Shown here piece by piece: positions 23,406 through 35,125 of a stretch of 64,000 nucleotides of DNA. The DNA comes from Octopus sinensis (Eukaryota): assembly GCF_006345805.1 (NCBI RefSeq), contig NC_043010.1, positions 66,092,001 through 66,156,000 on the forward strand. Reading direction: 5' to 3'. A program made the translations under genes and the position numbers. Under the pieces are notes generated by a model. That model had not been told where the DNA came from. It was given only the letters and a program-made list of their open reading frames with translations, and made no database searches. Position 1 is the first letter of the stretch. Every line of letters begins with the position of its first letter.

Positions 23406-25375
23406 AAATACAAATGCTCTACATACGCTCCATGAGTATCATTCGACCGGTACTTATGTACCAAGTTTGAAATTTACTATTTCTTTACTACCCACAAGGG
23501 GCTAAACACAGAGGGGACAAACAAGGACAGACAAACGGATTAAGCCGATTATATCGACCCCAGTGCTTAACGGGTACTTATTTAATCGACCCCGAAAGGA
23601 CGAAAGGCAAAGTCGACCTCGGCGGAATTTGAACTCAGAACGTAACCGCAGACGAAATACGGCTAAGCATTTCGCCCGGCGTGTGCTAACAATTCTACCA
23701 GCTCGCCGCCTATAAGTTTGATATTTACGTAATATTGTTGTGTGTATGTTATCCCGACCTAACAAGAGGCTTCGATATAAGTACTTAATACAACTGAATC
23801 TTACTTATATTTTTATTTACATGTATTGTCATTTCATTTCTTTTCGACTTCCGCATTTCGTAATGAGCAAAAATAAAGAAAGAAAAAGAGAAACAAGCAA
23901 AATAGAAACACAGAAAAAAGCATTAGAGGCGAACCAGGTACATTTTGCCGCTTTCGTTTGACATTTTACATCTTTAATCGTTTCTAAATGTTAGTATAAT
24001 AGGAAACAACCATCATACTTCATTCTATTCCCCAATTAATATTTTACTTCCTTGAATCCGAAAGTAGGAAAAGTCAAGTTGACTTTATAGACATTTAAAC
24101 TTAGTCCTCCGCTCTTGCGATTTTGCCAGTACCCACCCCTTTTTGAAAGAAGCAATTAATTTAATTTAGAGATGATTAAAAGTACTTTCTCATATTTAAA
24201 TTTTGACAATTCTTTGCTTATAATTTACGATTGTTAGTTTAGGAAATATGTATTAGCTTCGTATTACAATAGTTTCACTTTAATTTTTCCGTGTAACGGT
24301 GGCAAGGAACTGTTTCAATTGGAACCGTCACTGATTCTATTAAACCACATCGTTTGCCCCAAAGATCGGGAATTAATTATTTCCTCTTGAAATTACAGTT
24401 TGGTAAATAGAAACTTTTAATGTTTCCGATAAATACATTTTCAATAATTGTGAACTGGTTATGAACTGGGCGGAAGTCCGAAATAGGTCGCGCACATAAG
24501 TTGGATTTTCGGCGGAATTCTACTTTAAGTACCCCATAACTTTTATTATTATTTTTTTTTTTTTGAATCTTCAGAAAATGTTTGTGAATTTGTGTTCTAC
24601 ACATGGGGATTCATACGATGCTGAAAGAAAAACTTTTGTGTGTGATTTAAGGTCTATTTAGCTGTTATTTTTAGCACTTTTCACGACCTCCTCATACCCT
24701 CTTCGTTTTGTTACTGATGTATTGATTTTTTTTTCAGTATCTTTATCCTCGTAAACACACTTAATGGTCTGTTGCCGGGCTTAAAGCCAAGATTTCGAAT
24801 TCTTTTTCTTTTCATAGTTGTGTGAACTTCCGTTTCGACAAGGATCGCCCAAATTCGCAAAAATTCTCTGAAAATTCCAAAGCATTAAAAAAGTTATAAG
24901 GGGTTATATGGAGTCCTTAAAGCAGAATTCGGAAAGACTTTCGCCCGTCCTCCCCTCCGCATTTTCTCTCAAATTTGTTTATTTAAAAAAAAAATTTTGC
25001 CCAAAATCGGCAATTTCTTCAATTTTGACTTTTTTCCGCAACACTAACCCTAAAACCGTAACCGTAAGCGTACAGAAATGTTTTGAAATTTTTGTCCGAA
25101 TCCTGATGTCCATATTTTTCCGCATATTTAGAAAAGAAAAAATTCTTTAAAAAAAAATTTACAAAGATTTCTAGAAATTTTTTTCAGTATCACGTAATCT
25201 CCGTATTTTTCCGCATTTTTTTTTTTTTCAGAAAAAGAAATTCTGAAAAAAGTTGAAAATGAAGGAAATGGGGGTGAGTGGGGTGTGGTAATTTAGAAGT
25301 GTCGTTTTTTGCCAATTTTTTTGCCGATTCTTATTCCCTGTAGCCGAAAAGCGGGGTTTGTGTCGAAAAAAAAAA

Positions 25376-26179
25376 TTGGCGATGTTTCGCATGTCGTAGC
25401 ACAAGTTTCCGTCGATTTCCGTAAAAAACTTTTATTTTTTTACATAAGTAATGAGAGCGAAAGAGACTAAGAGGAAGCGATTTTATGACGAGGAAGTTTC
25501 TCTTTGAAGTGCGCGTGTGTGTGTTTGATGGGGTGTAGGAGACAGACAGTATGTTGTGTAAGTGAAGTGCTTCTGTTAGTGTGTGTGAAGAGACAGAGAG
25601 AGTAATGTGTGAAAGAGAGAGATAACTGATTTTTTACTCGGTGTATGTGTATATGTATGTATGCATGTATGTGTGTGTGTGTGTGTGTGTATGTATGTGT
25701 GTATGTATGTATGTATCTATGTATGTGTGTGTGTGTATGTATGTATGTATGGCCGATTCATCGTAATTACGATGAATCGGCCATACATACATACTTACAC
25801 ACACACACATACATAGATACATACATACATACACACATACATAGATACATACACACACACATACATAGATACATACACACACACATACATGCAGACATAC
25901 ATATACACATACACCGAGTAAAAAATCAGTTATCTCTCTCTTTCACACATTACTCTCTCTGTGTCTTCACACACACTAACAGAAGCACTTCACTTACACA
26001 ACATACTGTCTGTTTCCCACACCCCATCAAACACACACACGCACACTTCAAAGAGAAACTTCCTCGTCATAAAATCGCTTCCTCTTAGTCTCTTTCGCTC
26101 TCATTACTTATGTAAAAAAATAAAAGTTTTTTACGGAAATCGATGGAAACTTGTGCTACGACAACCGAAACGTTGCCAA
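25376..26179. repeat. ~800-bp foldback with loopless palindromic centre
   Basis: Centre ggccgattcatcgtaa|ttacgatgaatcggcc at 25766/25767; arms ~390-410 bp, nearly identical outside the internal microsatellite. Confidence 0.95.
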
Positions 26180-26599
26180 AAAGGCAGCAGACTTCAACTT
26201 CACTTGTTACTCTGGAAACATGCACCAAGATGGCATTGGTTTTTGATTGGTTAAAATTACTCAAAATTTGTAAACTTTAAAAGCTATTAACTTGTTATTT
26301 CTTAATTTATGGCAAAAATGAATTTCATTTTTGTAATTAGCATACAAAACTAAATTAGTATACCATATTTGGAAGGAAATTTATAAAAAAAATAGAAAAC
26401 TGTGATTTGTGGTTAACTGTAATATTGTTTTTTGCTTTTTTTTCCCCCAGGTTCTTTATTTAAAATTGGAATTATAGTAAGAGAAAACAAAAAAACAAGA
26501 CCAACTTGAAAAATAATTTTAATAGCTACAGAAACAGCATTAAAACCAAAAGGTAATATTTTTCCTCACTGGAAAGCAGATGTGTTAGATTGGGAAACA

Positions 26600-27562
26600 A
26601 TGGCAGAAAGGAAAGGTCAATATCCTGAATATTCTTTCGAATCTGGCCAACGTTATTGCATTTTTTTTTGTAATGAGTTTTCAGGCCAGTCAAAAGAGCG
26701 AAAAGGAGTAGGTGATGAAATTAAAAAAATAAACAAAATTTTCAAAGACAGATTGGGTTTTCACATAGTATATAAGAAGAACAAAAGTTTGAAGGAAACC
26801 AAAAAGATTCTGGAAAATATTTCAGAGGAATACAAAGAGGAAATGAAATGCGTAGAGAATGAAATGGAAATGATAGAGGAAAAAATGGCAGAGAATAATT
26901 CCATGGAAGAAAAACTAAATGGAATTAAAAAGAGGGTGAAAGAAATGGAAAGTGGAAAGACAGGGGTAAGGAAAATAATCGCAGACGAAATAAAGGAAAT
27001 GCAAAAAGTGAAAGAGGAAAATGAAAAGGAGGAAAACAAAAAGAAAGGAATCATAGAGGAAATGGAAAAGGATAACAAAGACAGACCACTCAGTTGTTTT
27101 GTTTTAATCTTCTCTTCTCATGGTAGTGAGGGTATGATTCAAGCTAGCGATGGTCAGTCTGTAACTTACAAAGAAATTAATGATTACTTAAATATTCCGC
27201 TTTTGAAAGATGTGCCCAAAGTACTTTACCTCAGTGCTTGTCGCAATAAAATAAAAGGTGTTAATAAATGTGATTTATTTCAATCTTTTGATATTCCTGA
27301 CATGCTTGTAATGCTAGCTGTGCCTTCTGGGGATTCTGGTAAGAGAACTGACTATACTGGTAGTCGTTTCTTAAACTCAGTATATGAAATTTATTCAAAG
27401 AACGAAGACATCGATGTCATGTCACTGGCTGTTGATATTAATGATCATCTTTACATATATAAACAGAAGACTGATGTTGAACAAAAGGCTGTATGCTTTA
27501 GTACTTTGAAGAAAAGACTGATTATTAAAAAAAAAGAACAATCAGAAAAGCAAAAGGAGTGA
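26600..27562 (+). CDS. Caspase-family (clan CD) cysteine protease, single coding exon, 320 aa, with internal coiled-coil-like insertion
   Basis: ATG in acaATGG context with in-frame TGA upstream at 26507-26509. Motifs: YCIFFCNEF (beta1), ERKGVGDE (RxGTxxD), CFVLIFSSHG (His at 27119-27121), PKVLYLSACRN (Cys at 27239-27241), p10-like DMLVMLA..GKR...GSRFLNSV and QKAVCFSTLKKRL. A candidate splice acceptor ttttcccccag at 26450 suggests a non-coding upstream exon. Confidence 0.9.
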   Translation: MAERKGQYPEYSFESGQRYCIFFCNEFSGQSKERKGVGDEIKKINKIFKDRLGFHIVYKKNKSLKETKKILENISEEYKEEMKCVENEMEMIEEKMAENNSMEEKLNGIKKRVKEMESGKTGVRKIIADEIKEMQKVKEENEKEENKKKGIIEEMEKDNKDRPLSCFVLIFSSHGSEGMIQASDGQSVTYKEINDYLNIPLLKDVPKVLYLSACRNKIKGVNKCDLFQSFDIPDMLVMLAVPSGDSGKRTDYTGSRFLNSVYEIYSKNEDIDVMSLAVDINDHLYIYKQKTDVEQKAVCFSTLKKRLIIKKKEQSEKQKE

Positions 27563-27808
27563 CAATTCTCCTCCTGCCCTCATCTTGTCTATCATGTATA
27601 TATGTATGTGTGTGTGTGTATGTATGTGTGTGTGTATGTATCTATGTATGTGTGTGTGTTTAACTGAATACCCAAGTGCTGGGGTAGACTTGGCAACCTT
27701 TTGGGGGAAAAAATCACAATCTGAATGAAAATAATTGTACTTTAATTACAACTACATTTCACTGAAGAACCATTTAATAATTCACAGTGTTGTTCAAATT
27801 CAATTTAA

Positions 27809-28019
27809 CCCTTTCGTTACCAAACTGGCTCTGGCTCTTTAGTATAAATGTCTTGTTTCCATAAGTTTTGAATTAAAATCTGCCACCAAACCTTAGTCAC
27901 AATTTATGTTCCTAACACAAGCTCAATGATAATGATGTTATTTTTCTAAATTCTTTGTTATATTTAAAATAATTGGAAGAAAAACAGGGAATCTCAAAAT
28001 AAATACAGTAACGAAAGGG
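27809..28019 (+). mobile_element. piggyBac-type MITE downstream of caspase stop
   Basis: TTAA-ccctttcgttac ... gtaacgaaaggg-TTAA. Confidence 0.85.
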
Positions 28020-29336
28020 TTAACAAACACACACACATTTCATCCCATTCAATAAATTTCTGTTATTGTATAGAATCAGCCTCATCTGTATAACTGACTT
28101 CTAATTCAAAGGGGACTGGATCATAGAAACGACATGCTACATTGGCACAATTTACAAATAAATCCTTTCACATAAGGGGCCGTTAACCTTTTTGATACCG
28201 ACCCAGCTGAAACTGCCTCTGGAGTACAAATGTCTTGTTTTCGAAAGTTCTGAATTAAAATCTTCTACCAAACGCATACACATACTGCCCAGACATTTAA
28301 AAGATACACACAGACACTCACACATCACCTTAACCAATGCAACACATGCACACTCACAGGTATACATGCGCCCTAACAAATACAACTCACACACATGCAC
28401 TCCACTCCGACAAACATAACACTCTCAGCACTCTGACATATAACACACACACATACACACACTTCCCTGATAAATATAACACACATACACACTTAAATTC
28501 GCTATTTGCATTTCCCAGAAAAACAACACACATACACACCATTCTTTACTTCTGAGTCATACAGTCCCAGACCGGGCATTGTGTGTGTTTATTGAGCGAA
28601 AACACCTAAAGCTCCACAGGATTCCGGCAGGGGGTGGTGGCGACCCCTGTTGTACTCTTTCGCCCCAATTTTCTCTCACTCTTTCTTCCTGTTTCTTGTC
28701 CCCGACTTCCTACGCAACCGCTGAGCCTGGATGTGCATTCATCCAGCCGTCGAAGCTCTCGGTGTCGGTGGTTGACCTGCTTTCTCTTCTGCGGGTCTTA
28801 CAAATAGCAAAGGACCACGTTTTGGACCGTCAACAGCAACACACACACAAACACTTGTCACATGCACTCAGACACTCCACTCTGCTAGCACCCACACACG
28901 CTCTTATTGTACACATTCTGTAAATGAAGTCTTTCTTCTCTCAAACAGTAGAACGGTTGTGTTTTTCTTGTTACACTTTACTGGCATTCTTATTCTTTTA
29001 TACCATTTATTTGGCTTTCTTCTTTGTAAGGGTGACCATGCGGCATTCAAAAGGAGACATTTCATTACATGTTCAACACGAATCATTCAGTGTGGCTTTA
29101 CCATTTGACCTTTACCCATATTATGTCTGGTTATATTTTGATGAAAATTCACTTTCTTACTTATTGCCAAAATGAGAGGGTCAACACTCATTTTTTCTGA
29201 ACTTTATTTTTAATCTGAATTCACCTGAAGAAAACTTTTTTTTCATGATGTAATCCTTTTATCAATAAAAGACACGTCTCAAACAACTGTAGTGAGCCTC
29301 AACTAATCTGTGTTGTTTTTTCATATATATATATAT

Positions 29337-29732
29337 AGGCATAGGAGTGGCTGTGTGGTAAGTAGCTTGCTTACTGACCATATCGTTCAGGGTTCAGTCC
29401 GACAACGTGGCACCTTGGGCAAGTGTCTTCTACTATAGCCTTGGGCCGACCAAAGCCTTGTGAGTGGATTTGGTAGACGGAAACTGAAAGAAGCCTGTCG
29501 TATATATGTACATATATGTGTGTGTATGTGTTTGTGTGTCTGTCCTCCCAACATCGCTTGACAACCGATGCTGGTGTGTTTACATCCCCGTAACTTAGCT
29601 GTTCAGCAAAAGAGACCAATAGAATAAGTACTAGGCTTACAAAGAATAAGTCCTGGGGTCAATTTGCTCGACTAAAGGTGGTGCTCCAGCATGGTCACAG
29701 TCAAATGACTGAAACAAGTAAAAGAAAAAGAG
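29337..29732 (+). mobile_element. SINE family A (full)
   Basis: Family consensus. Confidence 0.88.
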
Positions 29733-29744
29733 TATATATATATA

Positions 29745-30208
29745 ACCGGCTTCCGTGCCAGCGGAACATAAAAGGAGCCATTTGAGTGTGATCGTTACCA
29801 GTGTCGCCTTACTGGCACTTGAGCCCCGTGCTAGTAGGGTGCTAAGAGTACCATCCGAATGTGATCGTTGCCAGAGTGGCTATCTGGCCTCCATGCCGGT
29901 GGCACATAAAAGACACCATTCGAGCGTGATCATTACCAGTATCGCCATACTGGCACCTGTGCCGGTGGCATGTGTAAAAGATTCAAGCGAGGTTGTTGCC
30001 AGCACTGCTTGACTGGCCCAGTGCCGGTGGCACGTAAAAGCACCCACTACACTCTCGGAATGGTTGGCGTTAGGAAGGGCATCCAGCTGTAGAAACTCTG
30101 CCAGATCAAGATTGAAGCCTGGTGCAGCCATCTGGTTTGCCAGCCCTCAGTCAAAATCGTCCAACCCATGCTAGTATGGAAAGCGGACATTAAACGATGA
30201 TGATGATA
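29745..30208 (+). mobile_element. Retroposon family B
   Basis: Family consensus. Confidence 0.85.
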
Positions 30209-30249
30209 TTATGGAGTCTCTTGTCATGAACAACAAATGAGGGTTTAGT

Positions 30250-30650
30250 AAAATATAAAGTGCTAATCGTGTTCTATGGACACAAATGTGTCTCTTGGGG
30301 CCTTCTGGTGCCTTGCAAGCGTTTTGGTAAATGGAACAAGTTGAGGACTCGATTTGCTTGAGTGCTTGTGGATCATTTACAATGTGTTTTCTTGAGTGAA
30401 CAGCATGACCTGCTTTGTTTCGTTGCTACAAAACCACAACAACAGATAAAGGTTTCCATTTAGAGGAGCAGCGTTTTACCAGGGGGCATTCATGCTTGCA
30501 TGAAGTTGGTCCTGATGCTGGAATCGACTTTGCTGAAATCTTTGAACTGAGGAGAGGCAGGACTGGTGCCAGGTCCTGCGGTCTAATGCTTTGATTTCCC
30601 AGGAAGAAAAGGGAACGTTGCATCATTTCAGATTGTTTTTTTTAGTTTGT
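30250..30650 (-). mobile_element. Possible decayed LINE C-terminal fragment
   Basis: WEIKALDRRTWHQ (W..A.DR..W motif) followed by a decayed CxxC..H segment. Confidence 0.35.
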
Positions 30651-30949
30651 CTTTGAAGCACAAGAATGGCTTTTAAGTTTGTTTATGGGAAATATTTTTG
30701 ACTAGGCATATAAAAGCTCCTATTTTATTATGTTAGTTATGGCCTCATAATTCCAACCTGCAACAGCAGTTCTATAGGATTGTACTGAACTGTATCAACA
30801 TAGCAGAGGATAAATATAGTAGAAATATTAATCATCCTAGGTACGCTGACCATTCTCACAAATGACATGCGATCTGTGGAAACATGCATTGCAATGCATT
30901 AAAATATTTATAAATTCCATCCTTGGATTATTATTATTATTATTATTAT

Positions 30950-32110
30950 ATTGAGGGACCAGCTATCCGAATTGACAGTATCCAGGTAGATAGATCAATT
31001 AAGGATATGAAAAGAGGGAAAGCACCCAGCCAGTTAGGAATCACTGTTGGGATGCTTAAAATATCAGGCAGTGTGGATTAAGGTCTTGTCGTCCACATCG
31101 TAAATCAGGTAGTTAATGGAGTTATACCCAATGATTGGTGTAGTAGCACCATAGTCAACTACTACAAAGGTAAAGGTGATGATTTAGATAGAAATAACTA
31201 CTGGGGTATCAAATTATTGGATCAGGTGATGAAAGTTACACAGAGGGTCATAGCCTAACTAATTGGGGAGAGAGTTAGCCTAGATGAGATGGAGTTCAGT
31301 TTTATGCCAGGCAGAAGCACCAGTGGTGCTATATTTCTGGTAAGGCAACTGCAGGAGAAATACCTAGCCAAAGACAAACCGCTGTACTTGGTTTTTGTTG
31401 ATTTGGAGAAAGCTTATGACAGGGTCCTCCGATCCTTTATCTGGTGGTCAATGTGGAAACTGGGGATAGACAAGTGGCTGGTAAGAGCTGTACAAGCCCT
31501 GTACAGAGATGCTGTCAGTAAGGTAAGGGTTGGCAGCAAGTATAGTGAAGAATTCCGAGTAGAAGTAGGGATTCACCAAGGATCAGTCCTCAGACCCCTC
31601 ATTCATTATAGTCCTCCAGGCAATAACAGAAGAATTCAAAACAGGCTGCTCCTGGGAGCTCCTCTATGCTGATGACCTTGCTCTAATAGCCGAGTCACTG
31701 CCAGAACTAGAGACAAAGTTTAGGGTGTGGATGCAAGGCCTAGAATCCAAGGGCCTTAGGGTTAACCTAGCAAAAACCAAAGTCTTAGTAAGTAGGATGG
31801 CTGTCAAATCACAAACCCCTTCAGGTAAATGGCCCTGCTTGATCTGTAGAAAAGGTGTGGGTAGAAACTCCATACGATGTAGCCAGTGTAATCTGTGGAC
31901 ACATAAAAGGTGCCGCAATATCAAAGGAAGTTAACCGGGAAAATAGTCTTTGTGTGTGTCATGCAAAGGGGCAATAAATACTGAAGATGTAGAGGAAACA
32001 GATTCCATCACATGCCAGGGTGAGCAAGTAGAAGTAGTTAATAGCTTCCGCTACCTAAACAGCCAAGTCTGTAGTGGGGGTGGTTGCTCTGAGAGTGTAG
32101 TGGCTAGAAT
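30950..32110 (+). mobile_element. Decayed RTE-clade LINE (RT plus Cys/His-rich finger)
   Basis: KGKGD..NNYWGIKLL, FMPGRSTSGAIFLVRQLQEKY, FVDLEKAYDRV, HQGSVL, YADDLAL, GLRVNLAKTKV, CLICRKGVGRNSIRCSQCNLWTHKRC; frameshifted. Confidence 0.9.
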
Positions 32111-32254
32111 ATTAAGAATTAATAATAACAATTATTATTATTAAATAATGTGATATTGGGAAATTGCAGGGATTTTTTTCTGGATCCAGGTAAAGCTGTT
32201 CTGGACTGATATTCAGATCATTGAGAAGATTGCTGGTTTTGTGTCTTATATATA

Positions 32255-32487
32255 CGTAAAAAGCACCATCTGAAGCCAGTGCCGCCTCGACTGGCTTCCG
32301 TGCAGGTGGCACGTAAAAAGCACCCACTACACTCACAGAGTGGTTGGCGTTAGGAAGGGCATCCAGCTGTAGAAACACTGCCAGATAAGACCGGAGCCTG
32401 GTGCAGCCTTCTGGCTTCCCAGATCCCCGGTCGAACCGTCCAACCCATGCTAGCATGGAGAACGGACGTTAAACGATGATGATGATA
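32255..32487 (+). mobile_element. Retroposon family B 3' part, immediately after the RTE fragment in the same orientation
   Basis: Family consensus. Confidence 0.85.
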
Positions 32488-32592
32488 TATAGGGTGTTCT
32501 GACTAATTTATTTTTGTTTTAGTCTCCTTGTTTTCAGGAAGAGCTTGATGTATTGGTGAATAGTCGATGATATTGGAGAGCATAAAGATTAA

Positions 32593-32813
32593 CCCTTTAG
32601 TGTTCGCATTATTCTGCCAAAATTAATCCTTTTTTATCCACATTGTTTTGAACTAATCATGCATTATCTTGTATCTTTGAGATTTTGATGAGGTAGCTGT
32701 TAATTTTTAAAGCAATATTGTAGGGTTGGTGTGAGAGACCAGATCTGGCCAGTTTGAACATAAAACAGTCAGAATACTTTTGGCCGGATATGGCCGGTTT
32801 AAATGCTAAAGGG
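32593..32813 (+). mobile_element. Second piggyBac-type MITE family
   Basis: TTAA-ccctttag ... gctaaaggg-TTAA; related partial copies near 14170-14388, 49290-49480, 52110-52335 and 59870-60424. Confidence 0.75.
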
Positions 32814-32829
32814 TTAAAGTTGTACTTGA

Positions 32830-32926
32830 GAAAAAGTTACCTGACATGGAGGACTGGGAAAAAGTTACCTGACATGGAGGACTGGGAAAAAGTTACCTGA
32901 CATGGAGGACTGGGAAAAAGTTACCT
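32830..32926. repeat. 28-bp tandem repeat, three and a half copies
   Basis: gaaaaagttacctgacatggaggactgg. Confidence 0.95.
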
Positions 32927-33510
32927 GTTTCAGGAAGGTTCATGCCAGGCATTAAAATGCTGACATGATTCCTGCTCAGTGCTCTGTGAACACTGTAAAG
33001 GCTATAAGACATGATATGGACATGATTATAAAACCAAGTTTCCCCCCCAACTGTAATGGTCTTTAAATGCGCCTCCAGTAAGGGAGACGTCATCATTGAA
33101 TAAGGCCTTAGGCTTAATTCAGACGATTATGTGAAGCTGTTGGAGCCTGTGGTCAGTCCTTGGCTTGAGGGTGTTTGCTAGTGGAAGACCACATGTGTTG
33201 CAGCAGGATTCGGTTCCTTGTCATATTTCCAGAGTCAGAAGCAGTTGTCAGAGAATTTCTATGACTTTGCCAGCCACAATTTCTCGTCTTCTAATTCCTG
33301 TGACTGTAATCCCATGGATTACCATGAGTGGGGATGCAGTTGAGAAAGACACCAACTGCTCTGCTTACATAATCAAGGCTGAACTGGTGGCCAAGATCAA
33401 GGAGGTATTTGAAGACCTTCCCACGCGCACATTGAAGAACGCATGCACCAAGTTCCAGATCCATTTAAAGGCCATGGTTGAAGCTGAGGGTGGCTATGCT
33501 GAGTAAACTA
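32900..33510 (+). pseudogene. Tc1/mariner transposase remnant (DD37D-like)
   Basis: FPPTVMVF.C.SSKGDV, GLRLNSDDYVKLL, RPHVLQQDSVPCHISR, VEKDTN...KAELVAKIKEVF...LKAMVEAEGGY; stops and frameshifts. Confidence 0.85.
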
Positions 33511-34004
33511 CTCCAATTTGATGGGAATTTTCCCCATTTTTTTAATTTCACCACAGCCTTCGAACTGAAAATAAGTTTCGAAAAGTTTTGAAATTCCTCA
33601 CCATCCCACTCTGGATGGATTTTGGCAAATTTTGTTTTTTAAAGTTAAAAACTATAGAAGGAGCCTTTCCAGTAGGAAAAAAAAATGTAAATATTTTCAG
33701 TGGAAAAGGTGTACAATTCAAGGGAGATTTGACTGCTGTTTCTAGCACATCCCAAACCACCCTCCATTTTCACTCTCACATGTATAAGTGTTTTCTCAAT
33801 ATTTTTCTCCCATTAAACATATTTTATGAATTGATAATGCCGAAATAACATGCGTGGTCCATTGGTGGAATATAAGCAACAAAAAAAAAATTGTAATCTA
33901 AATTTTTACCCCCACCTCAATCAAACGAAGCCGTGTGTGCATGTAAAGAAAAGGACATTTTCTAAGAGATGAGCATGTTATTAAAATGAATTATCATTTA
34001 CATA

Positions 34005-34410
34005 CCTATTTCTTTACTACCCACAAGGGGCTAAACATAGAGGGGACAAACAAGGACAGACAAACGGATTAAGTCGATTATATCGACTCCGGTGCGTAAC
34101 TGGTACTTATTTAATCGACCCCGAAAGGGACTCCAGTGCGTAACTGGTACTTATTTAATCGACCCCGAAAGGGACTCCAGTGCATAACTGGTACTTATTT
34201 AATCGACCCCGAAAGGGACTCCATTGCATAACTGGTACTTATTTAATCGACCCCGAAAGGGACTCCAGTGCGTAACTGGTACTTATTTAATCGACCCCGA
34301 AAGGATGAAAGGCAAAGTCGATCTCGGCGGAATTTGAACTCAGAACGTAGCGGCAGACGAAATACCGCTAAGCATTGCGCCCGGCGTGCTAACGGTTCTG
34401 CCAGCTCGTT
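34005..34410 (-). mobile_element. SINE family C with internal 44-bp x5 tandem duplication
   Basis: gactcc unit starts at 34085, 34129, 34173, 34217, 34261. Confidence 0.9.
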
Positions 34411-34669
34411 GCCTTTATCATTTACATACCACTGTGGATAAATGGCAGCAATGAGCTTCTCAGACTCTCCAATATTTTAATTTATAAACAGAAAAACAAT
34501 CAGGAAGGTAGATAGTGGGATTGCAAAAAAAAATCATAATTCTTCAGATTTTTTTTATAGCAAATAAGTGTATTTATTAGGAAAAAAATATTGAAAAACA
34601 TCAATACATTAGAGAGTGAGAAAGAAACAAGGAGGGTTGTGCTGGAAACAACTGCCAAATCTCCCTTAA

Positions 34670-35125
34670 CTCTTTCGATACCAACCTGGCTGAAACCGGC
34701 TCTGGCTCTGAGTACAAATGTTTTGTTTTCATAAGTTTTTAATTAAAATCTTCCACCAAACCTTAGTCACAATTTATGTTGCTAACACTAGCTGAATGAT
34801 AACGAAGTTATTTTACTAAATTCTTTGTTATATTTAAAACTAATTGAAAGAAACACAGAGCATCTCCACAGAAATATGGTAACAAAAGGGTTAAAATATA
34901 TAATAGAGAAACAATTCTTAACCCTTTTGATACCAACCTGGCTGAAACTGGCTCTGGCTCTGAGTACAAATGTCTTGTTTTCATAAGTTTTTAATTAAAA
35001 TCTTCCACCAAACCTTAGTCACAATTTATGTTCCTAACACTAGCTTAATGATAACGAAGTTATTTTACTAAATTCTTTGTTATATTTAAAATTAATTGAA
35101 AGAAACACAGAGCATCTCAACAGAA
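34670..35125 (+). mobile_element. Two head-to-tail piggyBac-type MITE copies
   Basis: Copy 1 34670-34890, 23-nt spacer between TTAAs, copy 2 from 34922 (3' end truncated). Confidence 0.85.

Noticed and set aside
25040-25075. ctaaccctaaaaccgtaaccgtaa telomere-like motif
   Set aside because: Too short and degenerate to call an interstitial telomere or a specific element.
26582-27562. Caspase as a gene nested in a huntingtin intron
   Set aside because: The HTT CDS ends at 37358, so the caspase is a separate downstream convergent gene. The GTG start at 26582 in the ORF track was replaced by ATG 26600.
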